This document shows positions 47,197 through 56,894 of a stretch of 56,894 nt of DNA, piece by piece. The notes under the pieces were generated by a model that was given only the letters and a program-made list of their open reading frames with translations, was not told the origin of the DNA and ran no database searches. The stretch comes from Gemmatimonadota bacterium (GTDB lineage: Bacteria; Latescibacterota; UBA2968; UBA8231): assembly GCA_038128265.1 (NCBI GenBank), contig JAYPJE010000026.1, forward strand, positions 1 through 56,894. The letters are read 5' to 3'. Positions within the stretch are counted from its first letter, which is position 1, and every line of letters starts with the position of its first letter. Position numbers and translations under genes: made by a program.

Positions 47197-48337
47197 AATA
47201 GCGGGCAAGGAGTCCCGCATCGTGGTCGGTCTCATCTCGGGAACTTCGGCTGATGGAGTCGATGCGGTAGTCGCCGAGTTGCACGGCTGCGGTCGCGCTC
47301 TGCGCCACCGAGTCCTGGCTTTTGAAACGCTGCCGATGCCAACAGACCTGCGCGCTACCGTGCTCGATCTGTGCGAGGACCGCGCCGGAATCGATGCGCT
47401 GTGCCAGGTCAATGCGCAGCTAGGTGCGCTCTTTGCCGAGGCCGTACTCGAGGTGATTGATCGGGCCGGTCTGAGGCCAGAGGATATCGATTTGATCGGC
47501 TCGCACGGTCAGACGGTGCGTCATCTGCCCAATGGTGACCCGCCCTCGACCCTGCAGATTGGCGATGCGTCGGTTATTGCTCAGCACACGGGGATCGTCA
47601 CGGTGGCGGATTTTCGCACAGCCGATATGGCCGTCGGCGGTCAGGGGGCGCCGCTCGTGCCGCTGGCCGACTGCCTGCTCTTTGGCGACGAAAAAGAGGG
47701 CCGCGTATTGCTCAATATCGGCGGCATCGCCAATGTGACTATTGTGCCGGCTGGAGCGCGTCCGGAAGATGTATGTGCGTTTGATACAGGGCCCGGCAAC
47801 ATGCTAATCGACGCAGCCGTAGAGCGCGCTACGGGCGGGCGCGAGCGCTTTGATCGCGGCGGCCTGCGCGCGGCGCGCGGCGCCGTCGACAGCGCCCTGC
47901 TCGAGCGGCTAATGCAGCATCCCTACCTGCGCCGCGAGCCGCCCAAATCGACTGGACGAGAAGAGTTTGGCGCCGCGTTTCTCGCCGAGATAGCCCGGCC
48001 CGGTGCGTATGAAGAAGGCGATCTACTTGCCACACTGACGGAGTTTAGTGCGCGCTCCATTGCCGAGGGCATTGACCGCGCCGCCGTTCAGCCTATTTCC
48101 GCCGTATGGGTTGCGGGTGGGGGCGTGCACAACGCGCATTTGATGGAGCGCCTCCGCTGTGCACTGGATGGCGCGCGGGTAGAATCGCTGGCCGAGCTGG
48201 GCGTCGATCCAGATGCGCGCGAAGCGCTCAGCTTTGCGGTTTTGGCCAACGAGACGGTTATGGGGCGAGTTGGCAATGCGCCCGCGGCAACGGGGGCGCG
48301 CCGCGCCGTCGCGTTGGGAAAAATCGCGCTCCCCTAA
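47180..48337 (+). CDS. anmK: Anhydro-N-acetylmuramic acid kinase
   Basis: GLISGTSADGVD, GSHGQT, DFR.AD.A.GGQGAPLVP, LNIGGIAN, FDTGPGN and PKSTGRE motifs. Confidence 0.96.
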   Translation: MHALSEIAGKESRIVVGLISGTSADGVDAVVAELHGCGRALRHRVLAFETLPMPTDLRATVLDLCEDRAGIDALCQVNAQLGALFAEAVLEVIDRAGLRPEDIDLIGSHGQTVRHLPNGDPPSTLQIGDASVIAQHTGIVTVADFRTADMAVGGQGAPLVPLADCLLFGDEKEGRVLLNIGGIANVTIVPAGARPEDVCAFDTGPGNMLIDAAVERATGGRERFDRGGLRAARGAVDSALLERLMQHPYLRREPPKSTGREEFGAAFLAEIARPGAYEEGDLLATLTEFSARSIAEGIDRAAVQPISAVWVAGGGVHNAHLMERLRCALDGARVESLAELGVDPDAREALSFAVLANETVMGRVGNAPAATGARRAVALGKIALP

Positions 48338-48352
48338 CGGAGGACGAGACCG

Positions 48353-49198
48353 ATGATAGTTGATACGCATGTGCACGTATGGGAAATCGATCCACCGCGC
48401 TATCCCGTTGGTCCAACGGCACCGGGCTGGAATAGCTTGCCCGACGAGCCGGGAACGGCCGACGAACTGCTGGCAGAAATGGATGTGCACGGGGTTGATT
48501 GGACTGTATTGGTGCAAACGAGCTGGTCTACCTGGGACAACGGCTATATAGCCGACTCAGTGGCGCGCTTTCCAAATCGCTTTATCGGTCACGGGCTGAT
48601 CGATCCGCAGGATCCAAACAACGCCGAGGTGGCGCGCTATTGGATGGCCGAGCGTGGCCTGGTTGGTTTTCGCCTGCATCCCATGTACTATCCGGACGAA
48701 CCGATTCTCATCGCCGATGCCAATCGCGCCCTGTGGGACGAGCTAGCGGCTGCCGAGGCGGTCGTCCAGTTTCACATGCGCCCTGGCGATGCAGCCCAGG
48801 TCGACGAGATTGCGCGCCGCTATCCCCACATGAAGCTGCTGATAGATCATATGGGATACCCCGATTTGCAGGTGGGGCCCGATGCCTATCAGCCCATTGT
48901 CGCCTTGGCGCAGCACGACCACGTATTCGTCAAGATTTCCGACGTTGCGGGTCGCTCACAAGAGGCGTTCCCGTATGCGGATGTGCATCCCTACATTCGC
49001 ATGCTCTACGACGCCTTTGGCAGCGCACGCGCGCTGTGGGGAACCGGTTATCCCGGGCATCATCGCGTCAAGCACAACTGGCCTACGCTGGCCGATGAAC
49101 TGCGCCTAATCCGCGAGGGGGTCCCGTTTTTTGCCGCGCGCGATGTGGATCATATCCTAGGTGAAACGGCGGCAGCCGTGTGGTCATTACCCAAATAA
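48353..49198 (+). CDS. Amidohydrolase_2 family protein
   Basis: DTHVHVW, IDHMGYP, VKIS and WGTGYP motifs. Confidence 0.9.
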   Translation: MIVDTHVHVWEIDPPRYPVGPTAPGWNSLPDEPGTADELLAEMDVHGVDWTVLVQTSWSTWDNGYIADSVARFPNRFIGHGLIDPQDPNNAEVARYWMAERGLVGFRLHPMYYPDEPILIADANRALWDELAAAEAVVQFHMRPGDAAQVDEIARRYPHMKLLIDHMGYPDLQVGPDAYQPIVALAQHDHVFVKISDVAGRSQEAFPYADVHPYIRMLYDAFGSARALWGTGYPGHHRVKHNWPTLADELRLIREGVPFFAARDVDHILGETAAAVWSLPK

Positions 49199-49281
49199 TT
49201 TGAATATTTTAGCGCATTTTTATAGATGTCTGTCAATATGTGTCGATATATCTTATGTGCCGACTGGTAGAGAGGATAGGT

Positions 49282-52185
49282 ATGCCAGAACATCAGTTTG
49301 AATTGCTGCGCGACGAACATATAGCCGAACTCAATGCGCAGGCTCGTTTGTACCGACATCGCACAGGGGCCGAACTGCTCTCGATGGCCAATGACGACGA
49401 GAACAAGGTATTCGGAATAAATTTCCGCACCCCGCCGAGCGACTCGACGGGCGTGGCGCATATTTTGGAGCATTCCGTGCTGTGTGGCTCGCGCAAGTAT
49501 CCGGTCAAAGAGCCCTTTGTCGAGCTGATCAAAGGATCGCTCAACACGTTTCTCAATGCCTTTACCTATCCCGACAAAACGTGCTATCCGGTTGCCAGCA
49601 CCAACTTGAAGGATTTTTACAATCTAATTGACGTCTATTTAGACGCCGTTTTTTACCCGCGTATTACGCCGGAAGTGCTGCAGCAGGAAGGCTGGCATTA
49701 CGAAGTGGAGGAAGGCGGCGCTGGGCTGAGCTACAAGGGCGTAGTTTTCAATGAAATGAAAGGGGCCTATTCCGATCCCGAGCGCGTGGCGGCTGAGTAC
49801 GCGCAGCAATCGCTCTTCCCAGACACTACCTACGGGGTGGAGTCGGGAGGGCACCCGCGCGCTATTCCCGATCTGAGCTTTGAGCAGTTTGAACGGTTTC
49901 ACCGCGACTTTTACCATCCCAGCAACGCGCGCATTTTCTTTTACGGCAACGACGACGTAGAGCGGCGCTTGGTGATTTTGGAAGAGTATCTGGGCGATTT
50001 TGAACCTCGATCCATAGACTCTGAAATTGGCCTTCAGCCGCGCTTTTCCGAGCCGCGGCGTCTGGAGCATGTCTACGCCAGCGATGGCGAAGAGAGCAAG
50101 TGCTTTGTCACCCTCAACTGGCTGCTGCAAGAGGATATCGACCTGGACGAGCGGCGCGCGCTGCAGATTCTCGATCACGTGCTTTTGGGGACGCCGGCCT
50201 CGGCTCTGCGCAAGGCGCTCATTGACTCGGGTTTGGGAGAAGACGTGACGGGAAGCGGTTTGGAAACCGAGATGAAGCAGCTCTTTTTTGGCGCGGGTCT
50301 AAAAGGCGTTCGCGAAGAGGACATCGACCGGGTTGCGGCGCTGATCGTCGAAACGCTCGAAAGCATTGAACGCGACGGCGTCGATATGGGCATGGTGTCC
50401 GCTGCGCTGAATACGGCTGAGTTTCGTCTGCGCGAGAACAACACCGGTTCCTATCCGCGTGGCTTGGCACTGATGCTGCGTAGCCTAGCGCACTGGCTTT
50501 ACGATCGCGATCCGCTGGAAGCGCTGCGCTTTGAAGGTTCGCTGAGCCGTTTGCGCGAGCGCATTGAAAGCGACGAGCGCTTTCTGCCCGACCTGCTGCG
50601 CCGCCACCTTCTCGACAACAAGCACCGCACGACGGTGGTGCTGCGTCCGGACGACGAAGAGGGTGCACGCCAGGAGCGCGCAGAAAGAGAGCGCCTGGCT
50701 GCCGTGCGTGCGGCAATGGACGAAAGCGACATAGCACAGGTTGCTGAAAGTGCGCACGCGCTAAGGGAGGCACAGGAGCGTCCGGACAACCCGGCGGACT
50801 TGGCTAAGCTGCCGCGTTTGGCGCTGAGCGACCTGCGCGCGGAGATTGCGACAATTCCCGTCGAAGAGACGGCCGTAGAAGGCGCACGCGCGCTGTATCA
50901 CGATCTTTTTACCAACGGCATTGCCTATCTCGACCTGGGCTTCGATCTGAGTGCACTGCCGCAGAAATACCTGCCCTACGTGCCGCTATTTGGCCGCGCT
51001 CTGCTTGAGATGGGCACGGAGGACGAGAGCTTTGTGCAGCTGCAGCAACGCATTGGTGCGCAGACGGGTGGGCTGTGGGCCCAGCCTGTAATAAGTGGCC
51101 ATCGCGGCAGCGACGAAACCCACGCTCTGCTCTTTTTGCGGGGTAAGTCGACCGTCGCGCGCACGGCTGAGCTCGTAGACGTAATGCGCGATGTATTGCT
51201 CAAGGGTCGCTTGGACGACCGAGCGCGCTTTATGCAGATGGCGCTGGAGGAAAAGGCGGGCGAAGAGGCTGGTCTGGTGCCCGGCGGGCACCGCGTGGTG
51301 TCGCTGCGTTTGCGCTCGCGTTTTGATCGCACTTCCTGGATTTCAGAGCAGATGCGCGGCGTTGACTACCTGTTCTTCCTGCGCCAGCTGGTCGAAGAGA
51401 TTGAACGTGACTGGCCGGCCGTGCAGCGTCGTTTAGAAGAAATGCGCACCCTTGTTTTTAACCGTGCTGGCGCGCTGTGCAATGCCACGCTCAGCGCCGA
51501 TGATCGCCCAGTCTTTGACGGCGAGCTCGCCCGACTGCTGGCGGCGCTACCCGCTGCCGGCGGTGCTGTGCAGCAGTGGCACAATGGCCAGCGCACCGGC
51601 GACGAGGGATTGCTTATTCCCGCACAGGTCAACTACGTCGGCAAGGCGGCTAACCTCTACGAATTGGGCTATTCTCTACATGGATCGGCCACCGTTATCA
51701 CGCGCTATTTGGGGGCGAGTTGGCTGTGGGATCGCATCCGCGTACAGGGTGGAGCCTACGGGGCATTTTGCTCTTTTGACGCTCTGTCTGGCGTATTATC
51801 CTACGCCTCGTATAGAGATCCAAACATAGTAAGCACGTTGGAAAACTACGACGGGAGCGGTTCGTTTCTGCGCGGGCTCGACGTCAACGGCGACGAACTG
51901 AGCAAGGCGATTATCGGCACGATTGGCGATCTCGATGCGTACCAGCTGCCGGACGCCAAGGGATATACTTCCATGATGCGCTGGCTGACGGGCATCGACG
52001 ATGTATATCGTCAGCGCATAAGAGACGAAGTGTTGGCAACCAGCGCTGATGATTTTCGCGCGTTTGCCGATGTGCTCGACCACGTGGCTCAACAAGGTGT
52101 GATAGCCGTGCTGGGATCTGAAGAAGCTATTGATGTAGCCAACGCAAAACGCGGCGATTTTCTACAGAAACTCAAAGTGTTATAA
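49282..52185 (+). CDS. M16C zinc peptidase (presequence-protease/insulinase-like)
   Basis: GVAHILEHSVLCGS (HxxEH), FLNAFTYPDKT, GVVFNEMKG, RVQGGAYG and SYRDP motifs. Confidence 0.95.
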   Translation: MPEHQFELLRDEHIAELNAQARLYRHRTGAELLSMANDDENKVFGINFRTPPSDSTGVAHILEHSVLCGSRKYPVKEPFVELIKGSLNTFLNAFTYPDKTCYPVASTNLKDFYNLIDVYLDAVFYPRITPEVLQQEGWHYEVEEGGAGLSYKGVVFNEMKGAYSDPERVAAEYAQQSLFPDTTYGVESGGHPRAIPDLSFEQFERFHRDFYHPSNARIFFYGNDDVERRLVILEEYLGDFEPRSIDSEIGLQPRFSEPRRLEHVYASDGEESKCFVTLNWLLQEDIDLDERRALQILDHVLLGTPASALRKALIDSGLGEDVTGSGLETEMKQLFFGAGLKGVREEDIDRVAALIVETLESIERDGVDMGMVSAALNTAEFRLRENNTGSYPRGLALMLRSLAHWLYDRDPLEALRFEGSLSRLRERIESDERFLPDLLRRHLLDNKHRTTVVLRPDDEEGARQERAERERLAAVRAAMDESDIAQVAESAHALREAQERPDNPADLAKLPRLALSDLRAEIATIPVEETAVEGARALYHDLFTNGIAYLDLGFDLSALPQKYLPYVPLFGRALLEMGTEDESFVQLQQRIGAQTGGLWAQPVISGHRGSDETHALLFLRGKSTVARTAELVDVMRDVLLKGRLDDRARFMQMALEEKAGEEAGLVPGGHRVVSLRLRSRFDRTSWISEQMRGVDYLFFLRQLVEEIERDWPAVQRRLEEMRTLVFNRAGALCNATLSADDRPVFDGELARLLAALPAAGGAVQQWHNGQRTGDEGLLIPAQVNYVGKAANLYELGYSLHGSATVITRYLGASWLWDRIRVQGGAYGAFCSFDALSGVLSYASYRDPNIVSTLENYDGSGSFLRGLDVNGDELSKAIIGTIGDLDAYQLPDAKGYTSMMRWLTGIDDVYRQRIRDEVLATSADDFRAFADVLDHVAQQGVIAVLGSEEAIDVANAKRGDFLQKLKVL

Positions 52186-52216
52186 TCGCTGCGTCGCGAC
52201 GGAAAGGTTATGAAAA

Positions 52217-52768
52217 ATGAATAAGCAACAGCATCAATTAATGCTGGTTATGCGCAAGATTGGCGTCTTTAAGGGGCTGGAGATAGAGCATATTCAGCGC
52301 ATACTGCGCGTGGCGGCGTCGCAGCAATACGAAGCCGGTAAGCGCATATACGTCATTGGTGCTCCCAGTGATGAAATGCTCGTACTGTTGCGCGGTCGCT
52401 TGCTCGTTACCACGGCCAGCGGCGACCAACTTGGGGAGATTCTTCCCGGATCGCCAACCGGAGAAATGGGCGTGCTGACCGATCAACCGCGCTCGGCTAA
52501 TATCTCTGCCATAGAGCCGTCGGTTGCCGTGGTCATCAGTAAGAAAAACCTCGATGCTGTGCTTGCCTCAAACGCCGGCATGTATATGCGCATTATGAAA
52601 AATATCGTCGAGCTACTCTGTGAGCGTCTTGCTGCAACCAACCAGCGCAACGACGCGCTGCAACGCCGCATTTCCATCCTGGAGGGAGAAGACGATTATA
52701 GCGACGCAGATGACGGGGAGGACGATGACGACGAGTATGAAGACGAATACGAAGATGACGAAGAATAG
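52217..52768 (+). CDS. Cyclic nucleotide-binding domain protein with acidic C-terminal tail
   Basis: GEMGVLTDQPRSANISA (cNMP phosphate-binding cassette) and a D/E-rich tail. Confidence 0.85.
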   Translation: MNKQQHQLMLVMRKIGVFKGLEIEHIQRILRVAASQQYEAGKRIYVIGAPSDEMLVLLRGRLLVTTASGDQLGEILPGSPTGEMGVLTDQPRSANISAIEPSVAVVISKKNLDAVLASNAGMYMRIMKNIVELLCERLAATNQRNDALQRRISILEGEDDYSDADDGEDDDDEYEDEYEDDEE

Positions 52769-52786
52769 TCTTTTATGCTGTGCTAG

Positions 52787-52819
52787 AAAAAGCCCCGGCC
52801 AATGGCCGGGGCTTTTTTT
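52787..52819. terminator. Bidirectional intrinsic terminator
   Basis: AAAAAGCCCCGGCCA-A-TGGCCGGGGCTTTTTTT. Confidence 0.9.
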
Positions 52820-53150
52820 ATACGGTTACATCGATGTAGAGCGCACCTTTTAGCTGCGGACGGGGCGGGGGTTGCTCGCTGTCTTTCGGGGCTGCTGCAG
52901 CGTCTGTATGCCGCCGGCGCTGCTCCCCTCTTTGCTGGCTCCCCTCGTGATCGTCCAAGCGGTTTTCGCTGGCATCGGCATTTTCTCCGGGTCGCACGCG
53001 GCTGTGATCCAAGATGTGATCTTGGTCTTGCTGGCGAGCGATATTGTGCTGGGCCATTTCGGGGCGCGTTTGTTGCAGGTGCTGCTCGCGCGCCGCCATG
53101 GGGGCCTTGGAGAAGTTGTCTTGTAGGTCGATCGGGCGAATCATAGCCAA
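52818..53150 (-). CDS. Small hypothetical protein (IRPIDLQ...KG..IDV type)
   Basis: Conserved-looking termini around a Gln/charged middle. AT-rich upstream region with TTGACA and TATAAT-like boxes. Confidence 0.7.
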   Translation of the reverse strand: MAMIRPIDLQDNFSKAPMAAREQHLQQTRPEMAQHNIARQQDQDHILDHSRVRPGENADASENRLDDHEGSQQRGEQRRRHTDAAAAPKDSEQPPPRPQLKGALYIDVTV

Positions 53151-53234
53151 CCCGCTTTCATAAAAGTTCCTATTATTATATACCTTTAAAAATTAACCTA
53201 TGTCAAGTTTTTTAGTCTGAGCGAGTAGGCCACT

Positions 53235-54629
53235 ATGACTAGCGATTTTGAGCGCACTGTGACGGACGAGATATTCTCCGCATCGGAGGCGTGGGAAAAT
53301 ATGCAGGTGTTGGCCGATGATATTGGCAGTCGGTTGGCCGGGAGTGTAGGTGAGGTAGCGGCGCGCGATTTTCTCGCCGACGCACTGCGCCGATACGGAG
53401 TAGATGAGGTCGAGGTAGAGCCCTTTCCCTATGCGGGGTGGGACTGCGCCGAAGAGCGGCTACAGGTTATCGCACCTACGCAGCGCGCAATCGCTTGCCG
53501 CTGTGCGGGGCTGTCTCCGGCTGCGCGTGATCTGCGTGCGGAAATCGTATTCCTGCAGCGCTGCGATGCCGAAGAGGTCGCGGCGCGCAAGGGGGAGATT
53601 GGCGGACGTATCGTCGTTGCACCCTACCATCCGGTGCCGCGCCAGTTGAAAATGCCCTTAGCGGCCAGCGCGGGTGCGGTGGGCCTGCTCGAATCGCGCA
53701 GTATAGCGGGCGGTTTGCAGCCGGCGCGCACCTGTGCATTTAATCGCGTTGGAGCGATTCCCACCGCGTCCATCAGCCGTGAGGACGCGGCGTATTTACA
53801 GCGCTTGGCGCTGCGCAAGGGGGCGGTGCGCGTGGCGCTGTCGCTGCACAGCACATCCGAACGGCGGACTTCATGGAACGTAGTCGGCACGCTGTACGGC
53901 AGGGGACGCAGCAAAGAGTACATTGCCCTGGGCGGTCACTACGACTCGTGGCACGTTGGCAGCGGTGCCGTCGATAATGCCACCGGAGTAGTAGCTGTAT
54001 TGGAAGCGGCGCGCGCTTTAGCACGTCATAAGGAGAAGCTAATGCGCGGCGTGCGCTTTATTTTTTTCGGCGTCGAAGAGCTGGGTCTAGTCGGCTCTTG
54101 GCACTACGCGCACCAGCACGTCGCCGAAATGGACGATGCGGTACTCATGGTCAATAACGATGTGGGAGGGCGCCCGGCGCGCCTGATTAGCGCGGGGTTT
54201 AACGAGGTCGTTCCGCTGCTCGAAGGCGTTGCCCAGCGCGCGCAGGTTGAAGGAGTGGAAGGGCCGCTGGAAGTAGTCGTTGGCAATCCGGGGTGGGCCT
54301 CTGACCACTTTCCATTTTGGTCCGGTGGTGTGCCAACAGTCGCCATTGGCTGCGAGTTAGTCGATCCGGACGCCGGTCGCTACGTGCACACGCGTGCCGA
54401 CACGGTCGACAAAGTCTACGCTGCCGGCCTGACGGAATGTGCCGCCATCAATGCCCAGTTGGTCTGCGCCTTTGCCAGTGCACCGATGCGGCCAGCTGCG
54501 CGTAAAAGCAGGGAGGAGATGGAACAGCTGCTCGATGCGTTTTCCTGGCGCAGCACGCTGCAGACGCTGGGCTCGTGGCCACCAGAAGCACTATTGCAGC
54601 GCTATTTTGCAGCAGAGCCGGAAGCATAG
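53235..54629 (+). CDS. M28 family peptidase with PA domain
   Basis: IGSRLAGS, GGHYDSW, GAVDNATG, GVEELGLVGS, SDHFPF and HTRADT motifs. Confidence 0.92.
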   Translation: MTSDFERTVTDEIFSASEAWENMQVLADDIGSRLAGSVGEVAARDFLADALRRYGVDEVEVEPFPYAGWDCAEERLQVIAPTQRAIACRCAGLSPAARDLRAEIVFLQRCDAEEVAARKGEIGGRIVVAPYHPVPRQLKMPLAASAGAVGLLESRSIAGGLQPARTCAFNRVGAIPTASISREDAAYLQRLALRKGAVRVALSLHSTSERRTSWNVVGTLYGRGRSKEYIALGGHYDSWHVGSGAVDNATGVVAVLEAARALARHKEKLMRGVRFIFFGVEELGLVGSWHYAHQHVAEMDDAVLMVNNDVGGRPARLISAGFNEVVPLLEGVAQRAQVEGVEGPLEVVVGNPGWASDHFPFWSGGVPTVAIGCELVDPDAGRYVHTRADTVDKVYAAGLTECAAINAQLVCAFASAPMRPAARKSREEMEQLLDAFSWRSTLQTLGSWPPEALLQRYFAAEPEA

Positions 54630-54664
54630 AGAGATCTGTTGCTCTTCGCCATGCCGCGCCTTCG

Positions 54665-55855
54665 ATGACCTACAAATATATCGGCAATATACCTGTGTGG
54701 GGCGATCCCGATGCGGGCGCCGTCGAGCAAATGCAGACCTGTGCGCGTTCGGCCGCGCACGTTGCGTTGATGGCCGATCACCATCTGGGATACGCCGTGC
54801 CGATTGGTGGGGTCGTCGCCTACGAAGACGAGATTTCTCCGTCGGGCGTCGGTTTTGATATTGCCTGTGGCAATAAGGCGGTGCTGCTCGACGCCGATGC
54901 GGCCGATGTAAAGAGGCGCATTGGACTCATAATGGACGATATCCAGCGACAGATTTCCTTTGGTATGGGGCGCACCAACAAGGAAGCCGTCGAGGCCGAT
55001 CTATTTGAAGACGATCCGGCCTGGGATATTGAAGCGGCGGCGGCCCTGAAAGAGATGGCGCGTCGGCAGCTGGGCACGGTCGGCTCGGGTAATCACTACG
55101 TAGACCTCTTTGTCGACGAGCAGGAGCGCGTGTGGTGCGGCGTGCATTTTGGCTCGCGCGGGTTGGGCCACAAGTTGGCCTCCCACTTTATTCGCGCCGG
55201 CGGCGGGCGCGACGGCATGATGGTCGAACCCGTGCGAATGCGCGCCGACTCGGATCTGGGAAGCCAATACCTGGCCTGCATGGAGCTAGCTGGGCGCTAT
55301 GCCTACGCGGGGCGCGACTGGGTAAGCGCAAAAGTTGCGGAGATTTTGGGTGCTCGCATCGTCGACAGCGTTCACAATCACCATAACTTTGCCTGGCGCG
55401 AACGGCACGGCGACCGCGAGCTGTGGGTCGTGCGCAAGGGCGCTACGCCGTGCTTCCCGGGTCAGCGCAGCTTTGTCGGCGGATCGATGGGCGATATATC
55501 GGTCATTATTCGCGGACGCCAAGCCGATGAGGCCAGCGCCAGCCTCTATTCGACCGTGCACGGTGCAGGTCGCGTTATGTCGCGCACGGCTGCGGCCGGC
55601 AAGCGGCGCTGGAAGAAAGGCAAGCTGGTTCAGCGCACAGAGGGAACAATTTCGCGCGCCATGATGATGGAGTGGATTGACTACTTCAACGGAGTCGAGC
55701 TGCGCGGTGCAGGCACCGACGAGAGCCCGCACGTATACAAACGCTTGGATAAAGTCCTCCAGCACCACGCCGATAGCACAGCGATCGAGCACACGCTGAT
55801 GCCCATTGGCGTGTGCATGGCGGGCGACGACGAGTTCGATCCCTACAAAGATTAG
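54665..55855 (+). CDS. rtcB: RtcB-family RNA ligase
   Basis: MADHHLGY.VPIG, GFDIACG, LGTVGSGNHY, HFGSRG, HNHHN, RKGATP, HGAGR and DESPHVYK motifs. Confidence 0.95.
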   Translation: MTYKYIGNIPVWGDPDAGAVEQMQTCARSAAHVALMADHHLGYAVPIGGVVAYEDEISPSGVGFDIACGNKAVLLDADAADVKRRIGLIMDDIQRQISFGMGRTNKEAVEADLFEDDPAWDIEAAAALKEMARRQLGTVGSGNHYVDLFVDEQERVWCGVHFGSRGLGHKLASHFIRAGGGRDGMMVEPVRMRADSDLGSQYLACMELAGRYAYAGRDWVSAKVAEILGARIVDSVHNHHNFAWRERHGDRELWVVRKGATPCFPGQRSFVGGSMGDISVIIRGRQADEASASLYSTVHGAGRVMSRTAAAGKRRWKKGKLVQRTEGTISRAMMMEWIDYFNGVELRGAGTDESPHVYKRLDKVLQHHADSTAIEHTLMPIGVCMAGDDEFDPYKD

Positions 55856-55860
55856 CAGGT

Positions 55861-56637
55861 CTACTGCGGATTTTCCTGCATGGTCGGCAGCTGTTCAGCG
55901 CCAAAGTCGCGCAGCGCGTTGTCCTGCGGGCGATAGCCCAGCACGTCAATGGCCGCGCTGATGTCGAGAAAGCCGGGGTGGTGGGTGCTGTAATTGCCGG
56001 ATGTGCCGTAGGTGATCAAGTAGCGTTCGGGGCCTTCATAGTCGACGGCCAGCGTAAAAAGCTGCACGCAGTCGCGCGGCGTCAGCAGGGTGCTGCAGGT
56101 GCGCAGGCTATCGGCCGTGTCGCGGCCGGTAAAAGAGCCGATGCGGATGGAGATAAAGCGCATCTCACAGTTTTCCACTAGGTGGCGGCCGGCTATTTCG
56201 GCCATGCCCTTCATGGCGCCGTACCAGCCATCGGGGATAAACTGATCGCCCGTAGATAGACGCGCTGGCAAGCGGCGTTCATTGACGCCGGTGACGTGAT
56301 TGGTGCTAGCTAAGACGATCTTGCCAACGCCGGCTTCGCGCGCTGCTTCAAAAAGCAGCATGGAGGCGCCGATATCGGACACTTCGCCCGCCTCTTTGCC
56401 CAGGTGGCGCTGCGGCACGTAGGCGAGGTGTACCAGCACGTCTTGGCCCTGGCAGAGGGCCTGCATCTGCTCGTAGCTGCGCACGTCACCCACTTCGGCG
56501 CGCGATAGTCGACTTTCCGGTTGGCGCAGATCGCAGAGAGTCAGCTCGTAGCGCTGTTCCGTTTCCCAGGCTTTGTATAGGGTAGCACCGACGCTGCCGG
56601 CAGCGCCCGTTACGAGAATGCGTTTCTTTTGACTCAT
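55861..56637 (-). CDS. NAD-dependent epimerase/dehydratase (uronate-dehydrogenase-like)
   Basis: TGAAGSVG, ASTNHV, YGAMK and RIGSF motifs. Confidence 0.88.
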   Translation of the reverse strand: MSQKKRILVTGAAGSVGATLYKAWETEQRYELTLCDLRQPESRLSRAEVGDVRSYEQMQALCQGQDVLVHLAYVPQRHLGKEAGEVSDIGASMLLFEAAREAGVGKIVLASTNHVTGVNERRLPARLSTGDQFIPDGWYGAMKGMAEIAGRHLVENCEMRFISIRIGSFTGRDTADSLRTCSTLLTPRDCVQLFTLAVDYEGPERYLITYGTSGNYSTHHPGFLDISAAIDVLGYRPQDNALRDFGAEQLPTMQENPQ

Positions 56638-56796
56638 GGATCGCTCCTCCGCAGAGCGTGCGTGCGGATTGGGTTACTGCTCGGATTGGGTATAAGGTAA
56701 TAAAGAAGATGGCGGTAAGTCGAGTCGTCGACTTTGTGGACATCTGCACGTCGCGCTGATCGCTGGGGCATGTATGCGGCAGTTGGCCTAGGCTGC

Positions 56797-56840
56797 AAAA
56801 AAATAGGGACTCGGCGCTTGTGTGCGCTAAGTCCCTATTT
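56797..56840 (-). terminator. Intrinsic terminator after tRNA-Phe
   Basis: AAATAGGGACT...AGTCCCTATTT stem, followed by a T-run on the minus strand. Confidence 0.8.
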
Positions 56841-56849
56841 ATAATTAGA

Positions 56850-56894
56850 TGGTGGCTCCTCCCAGAATTGAACTGGGGACACAGGGATTTTCAG
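56850..56894 (-). tRNA. tRNA-Phe(GAA), 3' half only (5' part outside window)
   Basis: Minus strand CTGAAAATCCCTGTGTCCCCAGTTCAATTCTGGGAGGAGCCACCA: GAA anticodon loop, T-arm and CCA end. Confidence 0.9.

Overview
This is a GC-rich diderm bacterial chromosome segment. Its gene content (SprA, LptFG, lone FliG, SelA) is compatible with an FCB-related lineage such as Latescibacterota or Gemmatimonadota, but that is inference only. The visibly AT-richer left end (1-~3900), beside the 3' end of tRNA-Asp, holds the most unusual system: an integron-like cassette array run by a tyrosine recombinase that lacks the IntI-specific insertion. The recombinase is co-oriented with the cassettes, and its likely start codon is out of frame at a G6/C6 tract. 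An attI-like site sits behind six phased GATATC-like motifs, and there is one atypical attC and two cassettes, the second truncated by the window edge. The rest is mostly housekeeping: an ATP-grasp/larE/def operon, SDR and Gfo/Idh/MocA oxidoreductases, a 7xLysM amidase, selA, an orphan fliG and lptFG. It also has a sprA-comEA-pilM-like-pilN/O-like-coaD-dprA run, feoAB divergent from a porin/FMN-binding/membrane-protein operon with three palindromic operator-like boxes, pirin, 5-oxoprolinase/hydantoinase, an envelope-glycosylation cluster with anmK, M16C and M28 peptidases, rtcB and a partial tRNA-Phe. All calls come from motif reading by eye; no searches were run.
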